NCBI GenBank assembly: GCA_965247095.1
Contig: OZ251997.1
Coordinates: forward strand, 3,072,001-3,136,000
Direction: 5' to 3'
Length of the DNA: 64,000 bases
Source of the DNA: Candidatus Multivorans sp.
Lineage (GTDB): Bacteria; Acidobacteriota; Thermoanaerobaculia; Multivoradales; Multivoraceae
Made by a program: the position numbers and the translations under genes
Notes under the pieces: generated by a model
Told to the model about the DNA's origin: nothing
What the model saw: only the letters and a program-made list of their open reading frames with translations
The model's database searches: none
Shown: piece by piece, positions 9,589 through 19,489 of the stretch
Layout of the letters: each line of letters starts with the position of its first letter
How positions within the stretch are numbered: position 1 is the first letter of the stretch

Positions 9589-10476
9589 CTAGCTGATGAG
9601 CGGCAGCAGTTCCTCGGCCGAACGCCGGGTGAGCATCGTGTAGAACTCGTCGCTCAGCAGGTTGCTGCCGTGGTCTTCGATGAACTTCTTCTGCTCCGGC
9701 GTGATGTCGGTCGGTTCGGTTTCGACTGCCTCCGGGTAGCGGTTGGCCGGCGTGCGGTCGATCGGCGCCACGAACTCGACGGTCAGGGCGCCGTTGTAGC
9801 CGACCTCGCGTAGCGTCTCGACGATCGCCGCCCAGTCGAGCGCGCCCATGCCGGGGGCCATCCGGTTGCTGTCGGCGACGTGGAAGTCGACGAGACGGTT
9901 GCCTGCCTTGCGGATCGATCCCAGGAGGTCGTCGTCCTCCATGTTCATGTGGAAGGCGTCGAGGCAGACGCCGCAGTCCGGTCCCGTCGCTTCGGCGAGC
10001 GCCAGCGCCTGGTCGCCGCGGTTGATGAAGTAGGTTTCGAAGCGGTTGATCGGTTCGATCGCGATCAGCACGCCCGCGGCCTGACTGTGTTCGTAGATCT
10101 CGCGCATGCTCTCGACCGCCCACCGCCACTCGTTCTCGGGCGTCGAGTCGGGGTCGACCTTGCCGACCGTCCCGGGAACGACCGACATCTCGTGGCCGTC
10201 GAGTTCCTTGACCATCGTGATGCAGTCCTTGACGTACTGGATGGAGCTGGCGCGCTCGGCCTCGTCCCTGGCGATCAGGCTGCGGCCCTCCATCATCAGG
10301 GTCACGGAGCCCCAGCAGCGAATGCCGTAGCGCTTCAGCAGGGCGCCGACCTCGGCCGTCTCGTAGAGCTCGGGCTCCCCGCTGATCTCGAGCGACTCGT
10401 AGCCGAACTGCCGCAGACGCGCGAGGGTGTTCTCGAGCGGTTCCGCGCGCATCCAGTTGTGCATGGACAGGTGCAT
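9589..10476 (-). CDS. Sugar phosphate isomerase/epimerase (xylose-isomerase-like TIM barrel, ketose 3-epimerase family)
   Basis: EPINRFE, LDAFHMN, FHVADSNR..PG.G, LTVEF metal-binding motifs. Confidence 0.9.
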   Translation of the reverse strand: MHLSMHNWMRAEPLENTLARLRQFGYESLEISGEPELYETAEVGALLKRYGIRCWGSVTLMMEGRSLIARDEAERASSIQYVKDCITMVKELDGHEMSVVPGTVGKVDPDSTPENEWRWAVESMREIYEHSQAAGVLIAIEPINRFETYFINRGDQALALAEATGPDCGVCLDAFHMNMEDDDLLGSIRKAGNRLVDFHVADSNRMAPGMGALDWAAIVETLREVGYNGALTVEFVAPIDRTPANRYPEAVETEPTDITPEQKKFIEDHGSNLLSDEFYTMLTRRSAEELLPLIS

Positions 10477-10640
10477 GGCAGGTCTCCCGTTGGTGCGGGG
10501 GAAGATAGCAGCGTCACGGGAATCCTGGGCGGCAGCCAAGGATTGGCTCTCCCCGTGCGTCATACCCGTGAATGAGGATGGGAGACGCGGTGCATGTGGC
10601 CGTCGAAACCAGATGGGGTTCCCCTGCGGCGTGGTCTAGT

Positions 10641-11183
10641 GTGAAGGCCACTGTGAGAGGTGACGACGAGCTGGTTCGGGCGGCTGTGGCTGGCGACCGC
10701 GACGCCTTTGGCCACCTCCTGGAGCTCCACTACGACCGGATCTTCCGGTTCTGCTTCCGGCTGACCGGGCGCCGGGAGGAGGCAGAAGACCTTACGCAGG
10801 AAATCTGCCTCGCCCTGCCCGCGAAGCTTCAGAACTTCCGGGGCAAGGCCAAGCTGACGACCTGGCTCTATCGGATCGCCGCGAATGCGGCTCACGACCG
10901 TCGGCGCCGTGCCGCCAGCAGCGCCAAGGCTGCCGAGGGTTGGGGGGACTGGGAGGTGAACCGCCGTGCGGCGGCAACGGACAGGGCCGCGGATCTCGAC
11001 TGGCTGCGCCGCTCGATGACGGTCCTGCCGGACGATCTGCGCGACACGGCCGCGCTGACGCTCGACGGCGAGATGACCCATGCGGAAGCCGCCGAGGTGC
11101 TCGGAATCTCCGAAGGCACCGTCAGTTGGCGGCTGTCGGAAGTCCGCAAGCGCCTGCGCGCGATGCGGCAAGAGGAAGGATGA
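10641..11183 (+). CDS. ECF RNA polymerase sigma factor
   Basis: Region 2 (AEDLTQE, TWLYRIAAN) and region 4 (EAAEVLGISEGTVSWRLS); start uncertain (10572-10653). Confidence 0.92.
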   Translation: MKATVRGDDELVRAAVAGDRDAFGHLLELHYDRIFRFCFRLTGRREEAEDLTQEICLALPAKLQNFRGKAKLTTWLYRIAANAAHDRRRRAASSAKAAEGWGDWEVNRRAAATDRAADLDWLRRSMTVLPDDLRDTAALTLDGEMTHAEAAEVLGISEGTVSWRLSEVRKRLRAMRQEEG

Positions 11184-13375
11184 CGATGACCGATCCACTC
11201 GACGATCTGAAACGTGCGTTGGACCGTGCGACGCCCGAGCCCGATGCCGAACGGCGGAAGGCGAACATGGCCCGCGCGATGGAGCTCTTCGACCAGTCCC
11301 AAGAATCAGCGGCCGAGCCGCGTCGTACTCATGACCGCCTCACTACCTGGGCGGGTATCGGACATGGAGTACGACACATGCTTTCCACACTGACTTCTCG
11401 CCCCGCTGTGATCGCCGCTGCTGGCCTGGCCGCGGTCGGCTTCGCTGCTCTCTTCGTGGTCTTGAGCCGAGAGACCACGCCGCGCCCGGCCGAGGTTGTA
11501 GCAGAGGCCGACGCCTCGCCACCGGGCCCCTTGCCCTATGAACCGGAGTCGCTCCGCCTCCAGGAGCGGGAAGAGTTGGAGGTTGCGGAGATCGACATTC
11601 CGGAGGTCGACGATCTGGACCTGTTCGATCTTGCCCCTACCGAGCCGTCGCCCGCTCCCGTCGCTCCAGTCGAGGCGCTCCGCCGCCGACTCCAACCCGC
11701 TCCTGCGCCTCCTCCTCCTCCCGCGGCCGAGCCCCTGGAGGGAGCGATTACGGTGACCGCAGAGAGGCCCTTGGTCGATAGGTTCTCGGTGACCGCGGGG
11801 TCGCCGGTGGAGACTGAAACGCTGCCGCCGCCTGCGCCTGAACCCATGCAGCCAAGGCCTCGGCCGAGTGCCCTTTCCTCGCGTATGAAAGCGCTGGTTG
11901 CGGCGGACCCGTTCGTCGCGGGCGAGCTGGTAGTTCGAGCAGCTCCCCAACCGCGCAGCACAGAAGCCTTCGCCAACGAGCCGGCCAGCCCGCTCAAGAT
12001 TGCTGGCGAGGAACCCGTTTCGACCTTCTCGATCGACGTTGACACGGCCAGTTACTCCGTCGTCCGCTCTTCGTTGATGACCGGCTATCTGCCTGTGGCG
12101 GAGGCCGTGCGCGTCGAGGAGATGCTCAACTACTTCCCCTACGCGTATCCCGCGCCCGAGGCCGGCGGGGCGCCGTTCAGGCCGACCGTCACGGTGGCGC
12201 AGACGCCGTGGAACCCGGACACGCTGTTGATGCACATCGGCCTCCAGGGCCGGTTGCCGGCAACGGACGACCGGCCGCCGCTCAACCTCGTGTTCCTGAT
12301 CGACACGTCGGGCTCGATGAACCGGCCCAACAAGCTGCCGCTCCTGAAGCAGTCCTTCCGTCTGATGCTGGGCCAACTGCGGCCCGAGGACGAGGTTGCG
12401 ATCGTCACCTACGCCGGCAGCGCGGGTCGCCCGCTCGACGCGATTTCCGCCACCGAAAGGGGCGAGATCCTGAGTGCACTGGACCTCCTCAACGCCGGCG
12501 GGTCGACTGCCGGGGCGGCGGGCATCCAGTTGGCTTACCAGACGGCCGCGGGAATGGCGGCGGAGGGCGAGGTCACCCGCGTGATCCTGGCCACGGACGG
12601 CGACTTCAACGTCGGCATCTCGGACCCCGAGCAACTCAAGGACTTCATCGCCCGGCAGCGGGAGAACGGCATCTACCTCTCCGTCCTCGGCTTCGGCCGC
12701 GGCAATCTGGACGACGCGACGATGCAGGCCCTGGCCCAGAACGGCAACGGTCAAGCGTCGTACATCGACACGCTCGCGGAGGCCCAGAAGGTGCTGGTCG
12801 ACCAGCTCACCGGCACCCTGTTCCCGATCGCGGACGACGTGAAGATCCAGGTCGAGTTCAACCCTGCCGCGGTGGCCGAGTACCGGCTGATCGGGTACGA
12901 GACCCGCGCGCTGAGGCGCGAGGACTTCAACAACGACCGGGTCGACGCGGGCGAGATCGGGGCCGGCCACTCGGTGACCGCGATCTACGAAGTGACGCCG
13001 GTCGGTTCGCCTGCCGTGCTTCACGATCCTCTGCGCTACGCGGCGCCCGCGGCGGAGCCCCCGGGCGCCGGCGCGGACTCGCGGAGGTCCGGGGAGTTCG
13101 CCTTCCTCCGCCTGCGCTACAAGGCGCCGGGCGAGGACACGAGTCGCCTGATCGAAGTGGCGATCAACCGCGAGGCGGGCAATGCCGGCGCCGACCAGCG
13201 CTTTGCCGCCGCCATCGCCGGATTCGGCCAGCTCTTGCGGGGCGGCGTCTACACCGGCGACTGGTCTTACGCGGACGCGATTGCGCTAGCCGAGGCGAAC
13301 ACCGGCGGCGACCGGTACGGCTACCGCCGCGAGGCCGTGACCCTGATGCGTCTGGCCGAGAGTCTGAGCGAGTAG
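11180..13375 (+). CDS. Membrane-anchored VWA-domain protein (YfbK-like), probable anti-sigma partner
   Basis: ATGA overlap with sigma stop; TM helix; PVSTFSIDVDTASY, MIDAS DTSGS, ATDGDFNVG, YRLIGYETR, C-terminal DUF3520-like region. Confidence 0.9.
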   Translation: MTMTDPLDDLKRALDRATPEPDAERRKANMARAMELFDQSQESAAEPRRTHDRLTTWAGIGHGVRHMLSTLTSRPAVIAAAGLAAVGFAALFVVLSRETTPRPAEVVAEADASPPGPLPYEPESLRLQEREELEVAEIDIPEVDDLDLFDLAPTEPSPAPVAPVEALRRRLQPAPAPPPPPAAEPLEGAITVTAERPLVDRFSVTAGSPVETETLPPPAPEPMQPRPRPSALSSRMKALVAADPFVAGELVVRAAPQPRSTEAFANEPASPLKIAGEEPVSTFSIDVDTASYSVVRSSLMTGYLPVAEAVRVEEMLNYFPYAYPAPEAGGAPFRPTVTVAQTPWNPDTLLMHIGLQGRLPATDDRPPLNLVFLIDTSGSMNRPNKLPLLKQSFRLMLGQLRPEDEVAIVTYAGSAGRPLDAISATERGEILSALDLLNAGGSTAGAAGIQLAYQTAAGMAAEGEVTRVILATDGDFNVGISDPEQLKDFIARQRENGIYLSVLGFGRGNLDDATMQALAQNGNGQASYIDTLAEAQKVLVDQLTGTLFPIADDVKIQVEFNPAAVAEYRLIGYETRALRREDFNNDRVDAGEIGAGHSVTAIYEVTPVGSPAVLHDPLRYAAPAAEPPGAGADSRRSGEFAFLRLRYKAPGEDTSRLIEVAINREAGNAGADQRFAAAIAGFGQLLRGGVYTGDWSYADAIALAEANTGGDRYGYRREAVTLMRLAESLSE

Positions 13376-13447
13376 GGCCGCGGCAGCGCGGCAGAAACTG
13401 GGTGCGCCCGCGTCCCCGCCGGCCTCCGGTAGTGCTGCCGCGCCAGG

Positions 13448-14272
13448 TCAGTTCGCGCCGAGGAAACGGCGCAGACAGCGGGTGACGGCGCCCGGGGTTT
13501 CGGCCATCAGCATGTGGCCGGCGTCCGCCACCGTCTCAAAGGCGGCGCCGCCATTGCCGTTCTGGATCCGGTCGGCAAGCGCGCGGCCGGCTCTTGGCGG
13601 CGTCATCCGGTCCTTTGTCCCCGAGACCACGAGCGTGGGACAGTTGACGCCGGGGGCGCTCTCGCTGCCTTCCCACTCGTTGCAGGCGGCGAAGTCGCGG
13701 TGGAGCACTTCCGGAGCGCAGCGGTCGAGCAGGGCCATCGTCGCGCCGAGCATCCACAGCCCCGGCGATTCGGCGCCGCCGAAGTGGGCGCCGGCGCCGT
13801 GGCCGAACGCGGCGATGAAGCGGTGGGCGTTGAGCGGTCTCTTCAGTGTGTCGGCGAGCAGGCCGGGGTTCACGCGCAGCGTCTCGCCGGCGCCGAACAG
13901 GGCGACCCGGTTGGCGGGTCCGTTCAGCCTGGCCGCGGCGTCGACCGCGATGCAGGCGCCCATCGAGTGGCCGACGATCGCAAGCTCCTCGCTGCCTGCC
14001 CGTTCCGCGGCTTCGGCGGCGAAGTCGGCGATCCAGGCCGCGTAGTCGGCGATCGTGGAGATGCCGTCGAGGTCGTCCGACATCCCGTGGCCCGGCAGGT
14101 CGGGCGCGGCGACATTCCAGCCGTGCTGGGCCAGAGACCTCGCCTGCAGGGCCCACACCGTATGGTCGCAGCCGGCGCCGTGGAGAAGCAGGGCGAGCGG
14201 CCGCCCCGGCTTCCAGGAGGCGCCGCCGGTGCCGCAGTAGACCTTGCGGCCACGCGTTTCGAGTTCGGGCAT
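13448..14272 (-). CDS. Alpha/beta hydrolase
   Basis: LLHGAG, DLPGHG, GHSMG nucleophile elbow, D.MTP, AGHM. Confidence 0.9.
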   Translation of the reverse strand: MPELETRGRKVYCGTGGASWKPGRPLALLLHGAGCDHTVWALQARSLAQHGWNVAAPDLPGHGMSDDLDGISTIADYAAWIADFAAEAAERAGSEELAIVGHSMGACIAVDAAARLNGPANRVALFGAGETLRVNPGLLADTLKRPLNAHRFIAAFGHGAGAHFGGAESPGLWMLGATMALLDRCAPEVLHRDFAACNEWEGSESAPGVNCPTLVVSGTKDRMTPPRAGRALADRIQNGNGGAAFETVADAGHMLMAETPGAVTRCLRRFLGAN

Positions 14273-14286
14273 GCTTGGTCTCCCGC

Positions 14287-15609
14287 TCAGGAAGCGACGG
14301 CTCGAAGCCGCTGCACCTGCTTCTGGGAGCGCTTCAGGGCACGGTCGAGATCGGCCGTGAGGTCTTCGGGGTCTTCCAGACCGACGGACAGCCGCACCAT
14401 CTCCTGAGTGACCCCGGACTCGGCCAGTTCCTCCGCCGTCATCTGCTGGTGGGTCGTGCTCGCGGGGTGGATGACCAGGCTCTTCGCGTCGCCGACGTTG
14501 GCCAGGTGGGACCAGAGCTCCAGGCTCTCGATGAAGGCGACGCCGGCTTCCAGCCCGCCGCGGATACCGAAGGTCATCAAGGCGCCGCTGCCCTTGGGAA
14601 GCAGCTTCTGCGCGAGTTCGTGTTGGGGGTGGCTCGCCAGACCGGGATAGCTCACCCACAAGGCGGCGTCGTGCTGTTCGAGGAAGGCGGCGACGACGGC
14701 GGCGTTCTCGACATGGCGTTTGATCCGCAGCGGCAGGGTCTCAAGCCCCTGCAGCAGGTAGAACGCCGCCTGCGGGTTGAGGCAGGCGCCGAAGTCGCGA
14801 AGCCCTTCGAGCCGCGCCTTGAGGATGAAGGCGGGCGGACCGTAGTGCTCGGCGAAGGCGATGCCGTGGTAGCCGGGGCAGGGCTCGGTCATGATGGGGA
14901 AGCGGCCGGAAGCGGCCCAGTCGAACTTGCCGCTGTCGACCAGGACGCCGCCCAGGGTGACGCCGTGACCGCCGATGAACTTGGTTGCCGAATGCATCAC
15001 GATGTCCGCGCCGAGATCGATCGGCCGGGACAGGAACGGGGTGGCGAAGGTGCTGTCGATCATGAGCGGCACACCGATGTCGTGTGCGAACCCGGCGACG
15101 GCGGGAATGTCCAGCACGTCGATCCGCGGGTTGCCGATCGTCTCGCCGAAGAACAGCTTCGTGTTCGGCCGCGCCGCGCGCTGAAAGTTCCGCGGGTCGG
15201 TCGGCTCGACGAAGGTGGTCTCGATGCCGAAGCGCCGCAGCGTGTGGTTCAGCAGGTTGTGGGTGCCGCCGTAGATCGCGGCCGAGGACACGACGTGGTC
15301 GCCAGCGGAGAGGATCGTCGCCGCGGCGAGGTGGAAGGCGGCCTGGCCGGAGGCGGTGGCGACCGCGCCGACGCCGCCCTCGAGCGCCGCGATCCGCTCC
15401 TCGAACACGGCGACCGTCGGGTTCGAGATCCGCGAGTAGATGTGCCCGGCTTCCTCCAGGTTGAACAACCCCGCGGCGTGGTCCGTGTCGCGGAACACGT
15501 AGGACGTCGAGTTGTAGACCGGCACCGCGCGCGCCCCGGTGGCGGCGTCGGGCCGCTGGCCGGCGTGAAGCGAAAGCGTGTCGAACTTGTAGAACCAGTC
15601 GCTGCTCAT
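14287..15609 (-). CDS. metY: O-acetylhomoserine aminocarboxypropyltransferase (sulfhydrylase)
   Basis: [22 protein letters not shown] (PLP Lys), [22 protein letters not shown]. Confidence 0.9.
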   Translation of the reverse strand: MSSDWFYKFDTLSLHAGQRPDAATGARAVPVYNSTSYVFRDTDHAAGLFNLEEAGHIYSRISNPTVAVFEERIAALEGGVGAVATASGQAAFHLAAATILSAGDHVVSSAAIYGGTHNLLNHTLRRFGIETTFVEPTDPRNFQRAARPNTKLFFGETIGNPRIDVLDIPAVAGFAHDIGVPLMIDSTFATPFLSRPIDLGADIVMHSATKFIGGHGVTLGGVLVDSGKFDWAASGRFPIMTEPCPGYHGIAFAEHYGPPAFILKARLEGLRDFGACLNPQAAFYLLQGLETLPLRIKRHVENAAVVAAFLEQHDAALWVSYPGLASHPQHELAQKLLPKGSGALMTFGIRGGLEAGVAFIESLELWSHLANVGDAKSLVIHPASTTHQQMTAEELAESGVTQEMVRLSVGLEDPEDLTADLDRALKRSQKQVQRLRAVAS

Positions 15610-15709
15610 GGCTGCTGCCTCCCGGTTGCGTCCTGCCTGAGGCGGACCGCGAGTGTAGCCGGACCAGGCTTCGCGGTGTGTGGCAGAGTGGCGCTTCGAG
15701 GGGGAGCAG

Positions 15710-16636
15710 ATGGGGATTGTTGAAGAGTGGCATGAGTGCATGGACCGGGGTGAGGTTCTTCTTCTCGACGGTGGCACCGGGACGGAGCTGGAGCGCCGGG
15801 GGGTGCCGATGGACTCGGCGGCCTGGTGCGGAACAGCGGCGCTCGATCACAAAGACGCGATCCGAGACCTTCATGAGGAGTACATCCGGTGCGGCGCCGA
15901 CGCGATCATCACGAACACCTTCGCCACCCACCGGCCTCTGCTCGAAGCGGCGGGTCTTGGCGACCAGGTCGGGGTGATCGTGCGGCGGGCGGTGGAGGCG
16001 GCTCTTGAAGCACGGGAGCGGGCCGGTTGTCCCGGCGTGCTCGTTGCCGGTTCGCTGTCGACGATGCCGGCGAGCAACATTCGGGGCGGCTACGCACCGC
16101 TGGACGAACAGTCCGCGGCCTACCGGGAGCAGTGCCAGCTTCTGGCCGAAGCAGGAGTCGACGTCATCGCGCTCGAGATGATGCAGAATGGGGAGCGCTC
16201 TTCGCTCGCCTTCGAGGCGGCGAAGGAGACCGGCCTGCCGGTGTGGCTCGGCGTCAGCGCGCGCAAGGACTCAGGTACGGGCGCCATCACGCCGTTCGAT
16301 TGGCCGAACGAGTCGTTCGAGGCGTTGCTCGATGCGCTGATTCCGCTGGGTCCAAAGGTAGTGCATGTGATGCACACGGAGATCGCGGCGGTTCCCGAGG
16401 CGGTGGCGATGGTGCAGGAGCGTTGGCAGGGGCCGGTCGGCGTCTATCCCGAGTCGGGTTACTTCACGATGCCGAACTGGAACTTCGTCGAAGTGATCGA
16501 ACCGGCGGACCTGCTTGCGGAGGCCCGCGGCTGGGTGGCGGAAGGCGTTCAGATCGTGGGAGGCTGCTGCGGCCTGGGGCCGGAACACATCCGCGCGCTC
16601 GGAGCGCTGCGCGGGGCGGACGCCGGGGCGGCCTGA
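15710..16636 (+). CDS. Homocysteine S-methyltransferase family protein
   Basis: LLDGGTGTEL, GADAIITNTF, C-terminal IVGGCCG Zn motif. Confidence 0.9.
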   Translation: MGIVEEWHECMDRGEVLLLDGGTGTELERRGVPMDSAAWCGTAALDHKDAIRDLHEEYIRCGADAIITNTFATHRPLLEAAGLGDQVGVIVRRAVEAALEARERAGCPGVLVAGSLSTMPASNIRGGYAPLDEQSAAYREQCQLLAEAGVDVIALEMMQNGERSSLAFEAAKETGLPVWLGVSARKDSGTGAITPFDWPNESFEALLDALIPLGPKVVHVMHTEIAAVPEAVAMVQERWQGPVGVYPESGYFTMPNWNFVEVIEPADLLAEARGWVAEGVQIVGGCCGLGPEHIRALGALRGADAGAA

Positions 16637-17121
16637 TGGCAGCGGCAAAGGGCGAATCGGACCGGGCGCGGACGGCCTTCGAGCCGCCGCTGCTCATCCT
16701 CGCCAGCCTGCTTGTTTCCTTTGGGCTGTCGCGCTTCTTGCCGCTTCCCCTCTGGCCCGGCAGCCTCTCGAGGTTCGGCGAGGTCGCGGGCGTCGTGATG
16801 ATTCTCGGCAGCGTGGTGCTGATGACCTGGGCCGGTCTTTCGATGATGCGCGGCGGCGGCTCGCTGGCGGTGCACACTCCGACGGCGCGCCTGGTCGTGC
16901 GCGGCCCCTACCGCTTGACCCGGAACCCGATCTACACCGGCATGGTGTTGCTGCTTCTGGGCATCGGATTCGCCAGGGACAGTTGGTGGTACCTGGTCAT
17001 TGCCGTTGCCACGGCGATACTGCTCCGCTGGGGCGTGATCCTGCGCGAGGAGGCCTACCTGGAAGGCAAGTTCGGCGACGAGTACCGCGAGTATGCGAAC
17101 CGCGTCCGGCGCTGGCTCTAG
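16636..17121 (+). CDS. Isoprenylcysteine carboxylmethyltransferase (ICMT/PEMT) family membrane methyltransferase
   Basis: LVVRGPYRLTRNPIY, EEAYL..KFG.EY..Y...VRRW; TGATG overlap with the upstream gene. Confidence 0.88.
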   Translation: MAAAKGESDRARTAFEPPLLILASLLVSFGLSRFLPLPLWPGSLSRFGEVAGVVMILGSVVLMTWAGLSMMRGGGSLAVHTPTARLVVRGPYRLTRNPIYTGMVLLLLGIGFARDSWWYLVIAVATAILLRWGVILREEAYLEGKFGDEYREYANRVRRWL

Positions 17122-19489
17122 CCGTCGGCGTCTTCTGCTGGCGGCCATCGTGGCCTCGGGTCTGGCCGCTTGCGCCCCCGAACCGGAGGACGCGTCGCCC
17201 ACACCGGTTCAGGCGGACACTGCGCGCCTCCTCGCGGGCGCCTCGACGGCCCACCCGTCGGTCATCCTGATCACGATCGACACCCTGCGCGCCGACCGGC
17301 TGTCGAGCTACGGTTCCGATCGGGTTGCAACGCCTCACATCGACCGGCTGGGCGCCGAGGGCATTCGCTTCGCCAACGCGTCGTCGACGGTGCCGTTCAC
17401 GTTGCCGGCCCATAGCTCGATCATGACCGGGCTCTACCCGCCGTCCCACGGCGTGCGGGAGAACGTCGGCTACGTGTTGGGCGCGGATCGGACCACTCTC
17501 GCGGAGCGTTTCCGGGACGCCGGTTACAGCACCGGCGGCTTCGTCAGCGCCTTCGTGCTCGATGCGCGCTGGGGGATCGGCCGCGGCTTCGATACCTACG
17601 TCGACGATTTCGATCTCGACTCGATGGCCGGCGCGAACCTGGGCTCGGTCCAGCGCTCCGGGCCGGAGACGATCGCCCACGCGCTGGAGTGGCTGGACGG
17701 AGCGGTCTCTTCCGGCGACGGCGGCGCTGCCGGCGACACGAGCGGGCCGCCACCCTTCTTCCTGTGGCTGCACCTGTTTGATCCGCACGATCCGTACGAG
17801 CCGCCCGAACCGTTCCGGACCGAATACGAGGGACGGCCCTACGACGGCGAGGTGGCGTACACGGACTCGCTGATCGGCGACTTCCGGGCCGCGCTCGAAC
17901 AGCGCGGGTTGTTCGACGAGTCGGTCGTCGTCCTGACGGCGGACCACGGGGAGGGCCTCGGCGATCACGGCGAGAGCTACCACGGCTTCTTCGTCTACGA
18001 CTCCACCGTGCACGTTCCCCTGATCGTGCGGCTGCCCGGTGGGCTGGAAGACGGACGGGTAGTGGCTGACGTCGTGAGCCACGTCGACATCGCGCCGACG
18101 CTGGCCGAACTCATGGGCCTCGAGGGGGCCGGCGCCGGGCAGGGGCGGAGTCTGCTCCTGTCGATAGAGGGGCTGGAGGACCCGGCCACCGAGCGCGGCG
18201 TCTACGCCGAGTCGTTCTACGCCCTCGACCACTACGGCTGGGCGCCGCTTCGCTCGCTGCGCACGGTGGACTACAAGTACATCGAGACGCCCGACCCGGA
18301 GCTCTACGCCCTGCTGGAGGATCCGGGGGAACTGACGAACGTCCTGTTCGAACGGCGCGACACCTCCCGCGAACTGAGGGCCGCCGCCCTGGAACTGGCT
18401 GCCGAACTCGACCGCGGGGCGCCGGATGCAACGCCCGAGCCCGATCTGGACGAGCAGGCCCTGGCGCAGTTGCGTGCCCTCGGGTATCTCGCCGGCCGCG
18501 GCACAGCCGAAAGGCGGGAGGCGGAAGGGCCGCGCGCCGATGCCAAGACGAAGGCGCATCTCCACCGCGCGATCATGAGGGCGCAGAGCGCCTTCGGCGG
18601 CGGCGACGACGAGGCCGCGAACGCGGAACTGCGAGCGGCGCTCGCCGAGGACGACGGACTGCTCGACGCGCACCAGCTTCTGGGCACGATCACCCTTCTT
18701 GCCGGCGATCCGGCGCCGGCGGCTTCGCACTTCCAGCGCGCGCTGGCGCTCGACCCCGAGCACCGGCAGTCTCTGCTCGGGCTGGCCAACGCCTACCACG
18801 AGCTGGGCCGCATCGATGAGGCGATGGTCGGCTACCGGCGCCTGCTTGAGGTCGCGGGCCAGGACTCGAAGGCGACGATGGCCCTGGCTCGCATCCATGT
18901 TGAGCGCGGCGAGTTGAGCGAAGCCGAGGAAGTGCTCGCCGCTGCTGCCGAAGGTCGCGAGCCGCCGCCGGTGGTCACGAACAAGCTGGGCGAAGTGATG
19001 GCGCTCACGGGCCGGAGCGGCGAGGCGGAGGCGAAGTTTCGGCAGGCCATCGCCTCGAACCCGGAACTCGGCGAAGCGCACTACAACCTCGCGGTCTTGC
19101 TCGACGAGGCGGGGAAACCGTTCGAGGCGGTGGAAACGTACCGGCGGGCGGCGGAACTTCGGCCGCGGGACCATCGCCCGCGTTTCAATCTCGGCCGTCT
19201 CTACGGACGGTTGAACCGGCCCCTCGACCAGATCGAAGCCTATCGGGACGCGGTCGAGGCGGCGCCGGACTTCGTGCGCGGCTACTTCCATCTGGCAAAG
19301 GCCCTGATGGACCTTGACCTCGACCTGACCGAAGCGGAGGCGATCGCCCGCCGGGGTCTCGATCTGGCGCCGGCCGGCGAGGATGGCGCGCTCGGCTACT
19401 TCGTGCTCGCCGACATTCTGAGCCGGCTCGGCCGACCCGGTGAGGAGCGGCAGGCGCTGGCGCGCGGCCAGGAGCTGCTACAGCGCTAA
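17093..19489 (+). CDS. Sulfatase-like hydrolase with C-terminal TPR repeats (lipoprotein)
   Basis: LAAC lipobox; ITIDTLRAD, TLPAHSSIMTG, HLFDPH, ADHGE; TPR helices after ~aa 470. Confidence 0.9.
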   Translation: MRTASGAGSSRRRLLLAAIVASGLAACAPEPEDASPTPVQADTARLLAGASTAHPSVILITIDTLRADRLSSYGSDRVATPHIDRLGAEGIRFANASSTVPFTLPAHSSIMTGLYPPSHGVRENVGYVLGADRTTLAERFRDAGYSTGGFVSAFVLDARWGIGRGFDTYVDDFDLDSMAGANLGSVQRSGPETIAHALEWLDGAVSSGDGGAAGDTSGPPPFFLWLHLFDPHDPYEPPEPFRTEYEGRPYDGEVAYTDSLIGDFRAALEQRGLFDESVVVLTADHGEGLGDHGESYHGFFVYDSTVHVPLIVRLPGGLEDGRVVADVVSHVDIAPTLAELMGLEGAGAGQGRSLLLSIEGLEDPATERGVYAESFYALDHYGWAPLRSLRTVDYKYIETPDPELYALLEDPGELTNVLFERRDTSRELRAAALELAAELDRGAPDATPEPDLDEQALAQLRALGYLAGRGTAERREAEGPRADAKTKAHLHRAIMRAQSAFGGGDDEAANAELRAALAEDDGLLDAHQLLGTITLLAGDPAPAASHFQRALALDPEHRQSLLGLANAYHELGRIDEAMVGYRRLLEVAGQDSKATMALARIHVERGELSEAEEVLAAAAEGREPPPVVTNKLGEVMALTGRSGEAEAKFRQAIASNPELGEAHYNLAVLLDEAGKPFEAVETYRRAAELRPRDHRPRFNLGRLYGRLNRPLDQIEAYRDAVEAAPDFVRGYFHLAKALMDLDLDLTEAEAIARRGLDLAPAGEDGALGYFVLADILSRLGRPGEERQALARGQELLQR

